Positions 1-11,880 of a stretch of DNA of 64,000 bases are shown here, piece after piece. The position numbers were made by a program, and so were the translations under genes. Every line of letters starts with the position of its first letter. Positions within the stretch are counted from its first letter, which is position 1. Source of the stretch: Camelus dromedarius (taxonomy: Eukaryota); the NCBI RefSeq assembly GCF_036321535.1, contig NC_087437.1, forward strand, positions 88,414,001-88,478,000, written 5' to 3'. Below the pieces are notes generated by a model. The model searched no databases, was not told where the DNA came from, and saw nothing but the letters and a program-made list of their open reading frames with translations.

Positions 1-1344
1 TTTCTAAAATAGTTAACAACTATTGTTGCTTTCCAACAAACAAAATACAGCCACTCCTTAGTTTTCATGGTAATTTCATCATTTACTTGATGAAACCATG
101 CTAAGTTATCAAAAATCAGATTAATGATCACCTTCTTCTTGGACTCATTAACAAAATTAAGTCATAGTTATTCCTTCCTTGTATTTCCCTGTACCTGAAC
201 CTGTCCCTTTTCATCCATGGATGTGTGTATATGTGCAGCCTGATGCTAACAGAGCTTTAATAAAAAGTTACCAAGTGTTTTTTGTTCAGTAAGAGTGAGA
301 AGATCTCATAGTGGCTAATATGTTGGGCACTTGGATATAGGAGATGTGCAGAAGACACATCTCTGACCCTTCATTTAGCTGAGTGAGACTTAGGCTGAGA
401 CCACTCAACTCTAGGGTCCCAGCCAAAGCCCATTGGCAGGAAGAAGCTGTGAAGCATTAAAAATTCTGTTTAACCACAAAAGTAAAGCAAAATAAAATCA
501 GTGTGCTAACCATGGTGCTGAACTAGAGAGAAAATGGGCTGACTGGTTGTTCAGGGTTTATGAAGAAGCAGACACCTCATGTTATTTTCCTTCAGCCCTC
601 CTGAGTTTATTTTATGCCCTGGGAAATAGCAGTGTTTGTGAATTGCATAGTGATTTAGTCACCTCTAAAAGCTGTTGTACATGAGGCCCGCATGTAGGAG
701 GATTGCTTGGGTATCTAGCAGGATGTGCCTATCACAGCTGAATCTGGGTAGAGGAGCGGAGAAAACCTTGACTTTACAAGATCTGGCTGCTGGTCCCCTT
801 TGCAAGATCACTCTTCATCAGAAAGAGCTAAACCCCTTTGCAGAATTATCAGCACCATTGTATAATGATACCCTCCACTGGGGCCATCATTTGAGTAATG
901 TGTCATGAATGGCTTCTGCAGGGGATAGCAGCTTCCTGAAATAAAACCAAATCAGGCAGACATTTTTCCTTCTCCTAATCATTGAAAACTTCAGGGGCGG
1001 AGGCGGGGTGGTGGTTTTAGCACACAAAAAGAAGCTTAGAAAGGAACTCTGCTGAGGTTGGTAAGACTTGTAGGTAATACCAGCTGGTGGGACATATTTT
1101 TTGCACTTACGTTATCAAGCCCTGATTTGTTTAGATATCTTTAAATTCTAGTCTCTTCTTTTGCTCTGTGTTTATTCCCACTTCCATTTCCTTAAATTCT
1201 TTTAAATAAGGGAGGTCATTTCATTTGGACTTAGTCCATATAATACTTAAACTGACCTATTCCTCTCTTTTTAGTTGTATAAACATTCGTGTAACTTTGA
1301 AATTTCAGCATTTATGTGCAGTCTGTTAAACTTTGAATTAATGG

Positions 1345-1540
1345 TAATAAGAGCTAATATTTATTGAGTACTTGCTATGTAGAAGTTTTATGGGTGAGTC
1401 CTTCATATGAGTCCTCTCATTTAATTCCCATTGAAATGGGAAAGATGAAACTCAGAGTGTTTAGGAAGTTACTCTTAGCAACTATTGGTAGTGGAGCCAG
1501 GACTGAACTTAGATTTGTTCAATTCTGAAGCCCATACTTA
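1345..1540 (-). mobile_element. MIR SINE remnant
   Basis: Reverse-oriented MIR motifs: gctaatatttattgagtacttgctatgt...gatgaaactcagag...ggagccaggactgaac; recognised by eye. Confidence 0.7.
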
Positions 1541-1694
1541 AAACCATTTATATTGTATATACTGCTTCCTTGAGCTGAAGGAGTCTCACTAACAGAAAGA
1601 ATGAGAATAAAGTTGGAGAATGGTGTTCTAGTCCTAAGCCTGCTATTATTTAACTTTGTGTCTTTAATGTCTTCATAAAATGATGGGATTCTAT

Positions 1695-1863
1695 GGTTTT
1701 TAAACCACATTCATGAAAGCCATAGAATCTGGGCCATCATTTGGGAGAGGGATGGAGAAAGAAACGGGCTGACACAGTTGGGCTCCAAGACTTGTAACTA
1801 TTTTATAGATTGGGATTTCAAATAAGAGTTGGTTCCACTGCTTAAAGACACTTGAAGTCACTA
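1695..1863. mobile_element. Possible hAT-Charlie MITE remnant (MER103-like)
   Basis: Ends ctatggtttttaaac ... tccactgcttaaagacacttgaagtcactag resemble hAT-type termini; highly degraded. Confidence 0.35.
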
Positions 1864-2339
1864 GATAATCTTCAAAGTCCCATTCTGGTTTAATCTTGAT
1901 TTATGATTGTAAGGTATTCTTACATGGTCCTAGATGAGTAGTGTTGAACTGATATTTTTTGATTTCCTTTAATGTTTTGCCTCTCCCCTGGAGGCTTCTG
2001 ATATTATCAACTTCAGGAAGTTAACTCATCTTTGGATGACATAAAACAATGATTTTTATACAAGAAGCTTAAGCTTAATTTAATAAGGGAAGCCAAGATA
2101 CTGACTACATTGGTTCATACACTGAAAGCTGCAAACATATTTTCTTTGTAAATATTTGCTAAAAGAGGTCAAAGAAATTGCATTTAGTAAGGAATTTTGC
2201 TTTTTGTTAACTTTCTGGTTCTTGAATGAACAATAAGGAAAAATAAGCATCTGTAAAACTGATTTTGACTACTTTCAGTTTCTCAATGTTTCTTAAAAGA
2301 TTTAACGTGATTTGATGTTTTAAGACTTAAGAACTTTTG

Positions 2340-2493
2340 GGGGAGGGTATAGTTCACATGTTAGAGCATGTGCTTAGCATGCATGAGGTCATAGGTTCAA
2401 TCCTCAGCACCTCCATTAAAAAGAAAATAAGTAAATAAATAAATATAATTACCTCCCCCTCAAAATAAAAAAGCTGAAAACAAAAAAAAAATA
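2340..2493 (+). mobile_element. tRNA-Ala(AGC)-derived SINE, camelid Vic-1 type
   Basis: Head ggggagggtatagttca...agagcatgtgcttagcatgcatgaggtcataggttcaatcctcagcacctcca matches tRNA-Ala(AGC) with A/B boxes, followed by an A-rich linker, 'aattacctccccc' and an A-rich tail. Confidence 0.88.
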
Positions 2494-2495
2494 AT

Positions 2496-2685
2496 TCTTA
2501 ATTGCAGTAATGACAATACAGTTGTTGTGATATTGCACTGTGGCTTTTTAAAGATACTGCCATTGGGGAAAACTGAGTAAAGTGTATTAATCTCCTTTTA
2601 TTTTATTTTACAACTGTATGTGAATCTAAAATTATCTCAAAATGAAGAGTTTAATTTAAAAATAAAAATAAGTCCACTAAAAAAA
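2496..2685 (+). mobile_element. Old L1M (L1MB/MC-type) 3' UTR terminus directly behind the SINE
   Basis: gttgtgatattgcactgtgg...ccattggggaaaactgagtaaag...acaactgtatgtgaatctaaaattatctcaaaat is the typical end of old L1M 3' UTRs. Confidence 0.75.
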
Positions 2686-4479
2686 GACAAGAACTTTTGA
2701 CAAATTAATGGATACTTTACTGTATTATGCTTTATTAGCTCAATCAGTAGATCAGTCGTATGAGACCAATCAAGCAATAGGTGAAGCAATAAAAGGAATC
2801 AAATGCTGCTGTTAATATGATTTCATTGCCAGCTAAGATGAATATGCATTTCTTTTTTTGTAGTTTGAATATTTTAACATGTTTTGCTTTGTGAGTCAGT
2901 AAGTTTCCATTTTCTTTGAAAAGTGAAAATAAATCTATAGAGGTATTACTTAGTTTTGTCAGAAATCCAGTTCTGATACAAATTAGGAACAGCTACACAT
3001 TTAAAGGATTCAGCATTATGTTAGGAGAGACTATTTTCAAGCAAAAAAAAAATTATACCAATCTGGAAAAAGTTTTCAAAATCATTCAAGTTTTAAACTG
3101 TAGTGTTTTCAAAATCAAGTATTCTGTGAGGCTCATACGATTTTTGGAGGGACACTCAATATCTTCAGCTCATAAAGCAGAAAGAAAGAATGCATCCATT
3201 TCAGACCAATGGCTTTCTGATTTGTATAGAACTTAGTAATCCACAAAAATTTTAACTGTATTTTATTTGTATTTTCTCTCTAAAGATAAGGAATTAAGAA
3301 AATAAACTAAAATACAGCAATAAATTTAACTTAGAGGAAACTTTACTTTACTAATTGGAAAAACAAAATATCTATCAATCCATATCTCTATACTAGAAGC
3401 AGATATTTAATTTTGTCTTTGGGATAGAAATGCCGATGAGGTAGAATAACTATCGTTATAAAATGCAGTTATTTCATAATTCATCATGCCAATGAAAATA
3501 AGGATGAGATAGTTTTAAATCTGCGCTTTAGGTCAGTAAGAGTTATTAGATTCCAAAAAAAATTAAAGTTTCATTACGTGATACCTAGCTTGACATTTTT
3601 AGAAAACTGAGCAGGAGTGAGTAATAATATTGTTTATATTATTCATGCATTTTCCATCTTCGTGCACTTTGTGTCCTGAAATTTTTAAATTGTATCATCA
3701 GATTTATTTCACTGCTTTTAAAAATCATGATATAGTTCATTTCTTTAATATCACCAGACTGTCTTTTATGAATATTTTTGGTTTTAACCAGTACTAGGAA
3801 TTATCACTAGAATTGGAAATAATTAGAGTCCCTTAGTATGAAACTTAGAAATCTCAGTTTTCAATAAAATATACAGCATGTGCAAATTTGGTGTAAAATG
3901 TAAACTCCAAAAAAGTAATACAATTTATAATTAGTGTTAGTAGAAAGATTCAGGAAAAAACAAAAAATAAAAATAAAATGTTAATATTAGCTACACTTTG
4001 AGGTATAACTGTTTTTATTCTCTATTTTTTGCTACTAAACTTGAATTGTTTCAGCCATTCTGAAATAGTCATTCATTTAAAAGATACTGTCTACTATGAG
4101 CTAGGCACTGTCCTAATCATATTTAAGAAAACCTGTATTTTAAATTCATCTCAGTAAAATTTCATGCTACTTAACTTCTATTGAGTGATGTCATTTAAAT
4201 GATGCCAGATAGAGTTACTGTATTCATTTGGCTTAATATCTTATATATAGTTGTTTATAGAAGAGCCGAGTTTGAAGCAATTTTAAATTTAAATATGGTC
4301 ATCCCCCAAATGCTTTACACTGATTTTTAACCAGCCTTCTAAATTCATCATTAGCATTGTTATTATCATTATCATTTTAATCTTATTGTTATTACTTTTA
4401 TTGTCAATATTTATTTAGGTATACATAAATATTAATTCATTTCTTTATCCATCATTGTTTCTTAACTATCACTCTTGCC

Positions 4480-5000
4480 TTCTTGGAATTTTTTTCATAC
4501 TGAAATATATATCTTTATAGTTCCTTTATTTAAACTTTGTTAACAAAGTTAGCTTTTTTCCCATTATTCTTTAATCATATTTATGCTGAATATGTACTAT
4601 TTTGCAGAAATATTTTTTTCTGTACTCTTTGAAGGTAGTATTTCATTGTCTTCTGCTAGTTATTACTGTTGTCAGTCTGCTGTTTTGGTGACCTCTCTTT
4701 TCTCTACAATTAATTAGGTTTTTCTTTGTCTTTGGTATTCTGCAATTCAACTACAGTTCATCTAGTATGGATTTGTTTTTATTTGTCTGCTGTATTTCAA
4801 GCTGAATATTTCTCTTTTTTCAATTCTAGAAAATTCTCTAAATATTTTTTTCTACACAAAATGTACATTGGAATTTCTCCTGTCTTTCAAGTGTCTGAAT
4901 AGCTCTTCCACATATTCCTTCTCTTTTTGTCTTTTTGCTGCATTCTGGATATTTTTCTCAGCTTTGTCTCCTAGTTCACTAATTTTCTCTCTAGTGATAT
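4480..5000 (-). mobile_element. Ancient L1M fragment (ORF1-side, antisense)
   Basis: T-rich tract with motifs ttcattgtcttctg, tctttggtattctgcaattcaactacag, caattctagaaaattctc typical of antisense old L1. Confidence 0.55.
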
Positions 5001-5739
5001 AAAGTTGTTGTTCCTCATAGATAAATGACAAGAATGTACTTAATAAGTTGGCTTTTTGTATGTAAATAAAAGTTATTGATAGAGACATTAACTATGTGGA
5101 GGCCCAGAACAAGTAAATTTTTATTTTATAGTTCTTGAAATTTTTCTGTAGTTTATTATGATTTAATTTAAATTTTACTTTTTTCTATACTATCATTCAA
5201 CCTTTTTTTTCAATTTACATAAGTGCACCACTTATCCAGTCCATAGTCCTCTGTCAACCAAAATAAACCATAAGAAATGGTATAATTGTTGAAGAAATGA
5301 TGTCAAATGCCTTTAAATTCAGATAACCTGTATCTTCTGGATATCTCTGACCAACAACTAAATTGATCAAAAGAGAAAATAGAATTTCTCTGATTTATTT
5401 GGTTCAGTGGATGCATGTTTAGTCTACTAATAGCAAACTGTTTTGCAATTTTTAACAAACTACTGTTTCCTGTCCATTTTAATTTTCTAAAAAAGATTTT
5501 TACCCTGTAATTTACAAACTATATTTTTGAAAAGCTGTATTTAATTGTCTTAAATCTCTCAGCATCTTCTTTTGTTATCATTCTAAATGATTTTGAGGTC
5601 CAATTTGGTTATCTAATTTCAAGATTTTTTGTCGTATGTGTGGTAGTATGCCCAGGCCTCAGTAAGACATTTAAGAGACCAAGAGAAATATATCTAATTT
5701 CCACTTTCAACTTTCTACCTCTTTAAATGTTCTGATGAA

Positions 5740-6460
5740 AAGAGAAGAATTGTGTCAGTATGAATATGAGATGTGTAAAGAAATTGAAGTGCTAGGCCTG
5801 GTGAGTTACATCAAGATTTGATTACTTGATTGGAAGAATCACATGGAGTCACTTAAGTTAGGCAAGGAAGTTGCATAATCATATTTTGTTTTGGAAAGAT
5901 CATTTAGAATGAAATGGAAAACAATGTGGAAAACAGATGATAAAGTTTGATGACTAGAGGCAGGAAAAATGGTTTGATTCAAATTTTACATAGGAAGTAA
6001 TTACAGGGATTTCATGATAGGATAGTTGTGCGGGCGATGGAAGAGTCAAGGATCATGCTGATGCGGGCATAGGTGACAAGGCATGGGTCAATTCTCGACC
6101 AGAGACATCTAGTTTTGAGCAAGATAGACATGGACTGTCAGTGGGATATCTGAGTGGAGACGTCTAGTTACAGGTCTGAAATTCAGGAGAAAGCCTTAGC
6201 CTGCTTGTAATTGAAGTCAAGGAAATGTATGCGATCATCCAAAGGGAGGCTAAAGCTGAAAAGACAGAAAGGCAAGGGGCCTGGGGAAACCCAGGAGCTA
6301 GTGGTATCGAGAAAGTGAAGAGAAGTGTATTTCAAGAAAGAGAGATTGGTTAACACTATCTCAAGATGATGAAAGTAAAGCAGACAAGGTTGAGGAATGT
6401 AAAATGGGGTAGCAACAAGGTCATGTTGTGAGAACATTTTCAGGAGAGAAATGAATAAAT
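5740..6460 (-). mobile_element. L2 LINE remnant
   Basis: Purine-rich antisense L2 motifs: ttggaaagatcatt, gagtcaaggatcatg, ggatatctgagtggagacgtctagt, agcaacaaggtcatg. Confidence 0.7.
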
Positions 6461-6479
6461 AAATAGTGACATAAACATT

Positions 6480-6915
6480 AAATAGAATATAACAAAGCTT
6501 TTGTAATATATGACCTTCATGTATCAAGTTGGAAATATAATATTGAAATCAAAAAGTGACATGTACAGTAAGATTTTTTTATGTGAATTGTCAAAATACA
6601 AAGTGTATAATTAATGTTGAATGCTGTTACACGCACTGATACACAAGCGCACGTATGTATATGAGAAGTTTAAAGAAAGATTGGAGATTACTCATCAACT
6701 TCAAGATATTAGATCTTTCTATAGAGATATTTACAATAATGGGTGGATTGGGTATGACTTTAAACTGCATTGGTAAAATTTTACTTCTTTTAACCATTAA
6801 AAAAAAGATGATTTAAAGCAAAGAATGACAAGAAAGAAGAATATGTTAAATCTTGGTGATAAGTGAGTCATTCTCTAAAGTCTTTGTATGTTTGCAAATT
6901 TTGTAATTTCCTAAA
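6480..6915 (+). mobile_element. Ancient L1ME-like 3' UTR fragment
   Basis: End motif gttaaatcttggtgataag...tttgtatgtttgcaaattttgtaat; degraded. Confidence 0.4.
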
Positions 6916-9900
6916 ATAATTCTTGGATTTGCCCAAGAAGTGAAGATAGGAAATATGGTTAAATTTTACTAGGGGTCAAATTTTCTGGATATTTAAGAAA
7001 CCCACATTTAACTGAGTGTAAGGGGTAGAGCAATAGAAGCAGCAAATAAGTGCAACTGTTTCAAGAAATGGTTATATTAGCCAAATGTTCAATGAATACG
7101 TATTCTCAAATATAAGGAGAATACAATTAGACAGTTTCCATTCAGCCATTGTGTTTTACTCTTTGCCAAACCAGCTGGCATATGTAGTTACAATCATAAT
7201 TAGTCTCAGCCTATTAAATATACCTCGAATAGGAACATGAGATACTGTGTATTAATAAGAATCTTCTGCTTAGTATTTTTCTTTAACAGTCATATTCCCT
7301 TACCATTAACAATGTGCATAATATGTTTGATATGTCATTTCGTTTTGTAAAGAGGTTTGATCATTTAAATTGATGGGATATTCAAATAAAGCCCAAGTTT
7401 AAAAATAAATAAATAAATTTTGACTTGGTGGAGAAATGTAAGCTTTCTTAGAATTTTGAATTTTACTTTAAATAGCCAAAGAAAAGAGTTACGTATTTTT
7501 TCAAATAGAGATACCAAATACATTTTCCTTTACTTATGTATAGTGCATATCTTAGAACTTCATTTCCTATTAGCTGTTTTTAAACCATTTCCAATTGCCA
7601 TTAACCCAGTTTATTAAAAGTTAAAAAGATTTGCCAAAAATGAAAAAAATTCTAAATATATCCCAGATATGGAAATCATAGTCCTTAAGTATACTGTCTC
7701 CAAGGAAAAACAATAAAATGTTACCATAGTAAATAAAGAACTGCTTTCAGAGAACTTAGCCCTAGACTTTCTAAGAATTTTTTGTATCAGCATCCACTGA
7801 CCAGTTTTAATAGCCAGGTGATGTCAATATAAAGCCTGCTAATGATCTATGCTCATTTACATTGACCTTTGACTGCAGTTACAATAGTTATAACTTAAAA
7901 TAATAGCAGAAAATTTCACAGGGAGAACGCAAGTCTCCTGCATGAGACTATCAGAGCAATTTTAGATATTTTTAGATTTTGAGTTCTGATCTCCCAGTGT
8001 TAGATCCTTCCTGTTTTGAATCCTGGTGTACTGTGAAATTTGATATGTTGCAGTGTGAAAAGAATGAAGTCAAGTTCAAGGTCACCAACAGGCATTGTTA
8101 ACAGAAAATAGCAACAGATTTTTCTGACCAAGAAATGGTCAAATGTGACATAACTTTATTCTGTAAGTTGGAGCACAGCTTTATAAAGAATATCTATATT
8201 CATCTCAGGCAGGCCCCTTGAATTCGAGGTTGTGTTTTTAATCAACTGTTCCCCATGTGATATTAATCTTTCAAAAATCTTAAAACTGAGAAGTTCATGT
8301 TTTTCCCATCTGCCGTGAACTGCCGGAAATCAGTTCCATCTTAGAAATTTCACTCTCCAAAATGAACTCTCTTTCTGTGACACACAATCTGTGTTTGGAA
8401 AACAAACTTAATTGCAAAGCACCAATTTGTCTTCGATATTCATTATCTGTGAGTGTTTATTACTGTCCTAGAAAATTGTATTACAATTTCCTTTTAATCA
8501 TATTCCTGAGGATACACCTCATTTCCTGATGACAACTGGAAGACATCCAAATGACTACCAGCCATAATTATGACGTTACTTATTCAGAAGCTTTAGTAGC
8601 TACTCATAGTCACTGAGTGTTTATTAACTTCAGTTTCAAATTGTGACGTTTACCTGACTTGGTCCATAAATATTAGAGTATATCATATATATGTGAAAAC
8701 TGATGAATTTATTTTGGTGGCTTCATATAAGATCGTTTTGTTTGGAAAAATTATCTTTTAATTGACTTCTAATCTGTGTGAATAATTAATCTATAACATA
8801 AAATATGTATACATAGAGATATGGAAGGGGTCAGGCTATGGTATTTCAATTATTATAGGAGGTGTTATGGGGAAATAATCGTATAATTGGTAATGAAAAA
8901 GGCCTCCACAGGACCCTGAAGGCTTCTCTGTATGGAAGAAAAGAATTATTAAAGAATTGGTATAGGAAGAGGAAAAATACGATATTTAGAGAAAGAATAT
9001 AAGGATTTAGAGAAATTAGAGATTCTGCATGTCATTGTAGGTTTTGAGAGTAAGTGGAACATGTGGGCACATATCTGAGACAGGCTGGAGGCCAAAAGAG
9101 TACTTTTTAAATATTAAAATATCCAACCTTATTATTCCATGGGCTTGAGTGTGTTATCACACGTGCTGTGGTCCAGGAGAAGCCCAGGCAGAATCATAGC
9201 CACGTCTGCAGGAATCATAAGCAAGATTCAGTCATGCACATGAGGAAAGTGAGTTTTTAAAATCATTTTCATATACCAAACCCATTTATTGGCCAAGCAA
9301 GCAATAAATGTTGGCTCTTACTATCATCGGTGTTGACATGAATGAAAAGAATTTCTGCAGGAGGTGCAGCTATAGGATGCTTCCAGCAGGGGGAAGCAGA
9401 CCCCTTCATAGTGAGGGTGGCTGATTTCAAAGGAGTCCATTTGCAACTAGCAATTACCAGGCAGTTGGTTTGGTGGCATCCATTAGTCATCTTCTTAATC
9501 TTTCCTCTTCTGTAGGTATTTATTCCTTCAACCTGCATTTCTTTAGTGAAATCTGATGGAGGCAGTAAATATTTTAGGAGCAGCACATAAAGGTACACAA
9601 TGTATTTTATATATTTGATACATTGATAACTTACTCTAGTGCAGTCTATATCAAACCTCAATGAATGATTTCTACTTCTATTGAGTTTGGAATGTAGAAC
9701 CACAGACTGCTTGGCAGGTATCCCCCAAATCTGAGCTCAGCTACAGACAAGTTGGAAGTGCAATGTTGAGAGCCTCACAATGGGGCCATTCCAGCTGGTC
9801 TGTGGCTATGCCATTGACTTCTGTTGGTCTTATCCAGTTGCAAGGAGGAGAGTCTGCAAAAGTCACCTAATAATATTTATTTTTTGGAATTCTAAGTTTA

Positions 9901-10383
9901 TTGTTAAGCCCACTTGGACAAATGGAGCTGCTGGTATCCACATAACTTTGTCTTGCTCCACCTGTTGGAGTTTTCTCCAAGGTAAACTGAAATCAGCCAG
10001 GATTGCTGGGTTTCTTCCAGAAACTCAGTCTCATCATTTCAGGTCTGATACTTTCAGGTCTGATACTAAGACTTGGCAATATGTTTAGAATTCTGGATAA
10101 ATAAACATTATTAGCAATTTTTGGAATCATGATGGATTCATAATGCAAAACTTTAACCCTTAAATTTAAAACTTTGGAGTTTTCCAGATACTTTTCTGAG
10201 AACAGTGCCTACCATAAGTTATTATGTTATAGATAATGCTGTTATTGTAATTGTTTTGTTTCTTATTTGTAATTTTTGGTCTATGAGACTGAAAAGTTAG
10301 TCTTACAATCTTAATTGGAAAGCAAACAAAAACTCAACTATTTAGGAATACTGGATCTGCTATTAACATGGAGTTTTAAGTTT

Positions 10384-10423
10384 TGTGTGTTTGTGTGTGT
10401 GTGTGTGAGACAGAGACAGAGAG
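10384..10423. repeat. (TG)n/(GA)n microsatellite
   Basis: tgtgtgtttgtgtgtgtgtgtgtgagacagagacagagag seen directly. Confidence 0.85.
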
Positions 10424-10542
10424 GAAGATCAATCCCTTTCGATTCTATCAAGTTCAAGATGTTTAAAGACTGCAACTGGTTAGTGGCACCTGGAGGACTG
10501 AAGGAAGGTAGCATGTCACATTTGGGGAGGAAGCGGGCCAGA

Positions 10543-10576
10543 CAAACCTGAAGTTGCAGCAAACCTGAAGTTGCAG
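10543..10576. repeat. Perfect 17-bp tandem duplication (caaacctgaagttgcag x2)
   Basis: Direct reading of sequence. Confidence 0.9.
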
Positions 10577-11739
10577 GGATGATGTGAGGCAATTCAGACA
10601 GAGGGATCACACTGAAGCTGCCAGGGGAGGTTTGAGGTGGGAGAAGTACTTTCAAGCACGTTGAATACTGCCCAGCGTGGGCTCTGTGTGAGTGGTGCCC
10701 TCAGATTTGGGCAGTACCAGATCTTCTTGACTACAGATGGTAGTACTGGAGATGACGATTGACCAAAAGCAATTCAAGAAAAGCCTAAAAAATACTTATG
10801 AGATAATAGGATTACAGAATGAAGTGTGATAAGGGCCTGGAGTTTGGATAATAACAGAAAGGATGACTACAAAATACTAGAAATTTGAGACTGATGAGAC
10901 AACCTGTTAGTTTTTTAAAAATTCTAAGAACTACCCAAGTTTGACTTTGCTCTTATTCTAGCAGCTAAACGTTTTCTTCTGTGTGTTTACCTTGTGATTT
11001 CACAATCTGAAATGATCTCAATCTCTCATTGCCTTAATGAAAACAAGTATATTCATTTTAATCATATTTTTCCTGCCATCTCTGGTTTCAGTACCATATT
11101 TATTTTATAATTCCCTGGAAATAATCCTTACCTTTCCCTTCTTATCCCCTCATGACTAAGCTTCCTTCAAGCTAGCCTTGTATCTAGTCCCATAATTTAA
11201 TCATATTAAATATAGAAGATCTATTATCGTATAAAAGCGTAGAGATATATACTTTCAATAACCACTTACTGCCTACTTACCATTAGGAAAGGTAGGAAAG
11301 CCACTGTTTTCTGTGTGCTTACCTCTTCCACGGAGATTTTATTCTCTTCCACATTAAATGCTAAAATTGAGACCAGTTTTTTTTTCCTATTGACTTAATT
11401 TAATAGTATGCTTCTGCTACTCGAAGAATATCTCAGCCTGTGTGATACGATCTGAAAGGAGCCAGGTGTGCCCAAACCTATATGAAATGATTTGTATTTA
11501 TACGGTTGACAATAGTTGACAGATCATCTGTTTTTCCAAGTCTCCTACATTTTGTTACCTAGAAGGGACAATACATAAGCAGACCACATTCTTCCGATAC
11601 AGCCTACGTTCCTAAATTGTTGAACTCTTCCTTCACTTTCAAGCCACTGCTGGGGCACTCTCTCCTCCAGAAAGGAAAAGATTGATTATTTCCTTCTTCG
11701 GTAAGTGAACTTCTGTGCTTGTATATCCTCTCCTGGCTC

Positions 11740-11880
11740 AGAGCGCCTGTTTTGGAAATGTCTGCCTACCTCTGTAAATGGCGTGAGGGCAGTGATGTGA
11801 CCTTACTCACCACAACGCCCAGCAAACACATGGCAGGTAGAAGGCAGGCAATGACTGTTTTCTGAATTGGACTGAGTAGG
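11740..11880 (+). mobile_element. L2 3' end remnant
   Basis: ctgtaaatggcgtgagggcagtgatgtgacctt...gcccagcaaacacatggcaggtagaaggcaggcaatgactgttttctgaat resembles the L2 3' terminus. Confidence 0.5.

Noticed and set aside
994..1012. GC box (ggggcggaggcggggtgg) as a promoter
   Set aside because: Isolated motif with no CpG island or identifiable downstream exon.
881..1743. Repeated 13-mer gggccatcatttg (881 and 1731)
   Set aside because: No flanking similarity and no single element between the copies; treated as chance.
2340..2415. Functional tRNA-Ala gene
   Set aside because: Mutated stems, no T-run terminator, a SINE body and tail behind it, and a second family copy at 25682-25827.
9269..9703. 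Longest ORF (144 aa, minus strand)
   Set aside because: Non-ATG start, no recognisable domain, and a length achievable by chance in 64 kb over six frames.
10037..10067. Short tandem duplications (e.g. tttcaggtctgatac x2; also near 15702, 19307, 59402)
   Set aside because: Ordinary slippage micro-duplications with no intervening insert.
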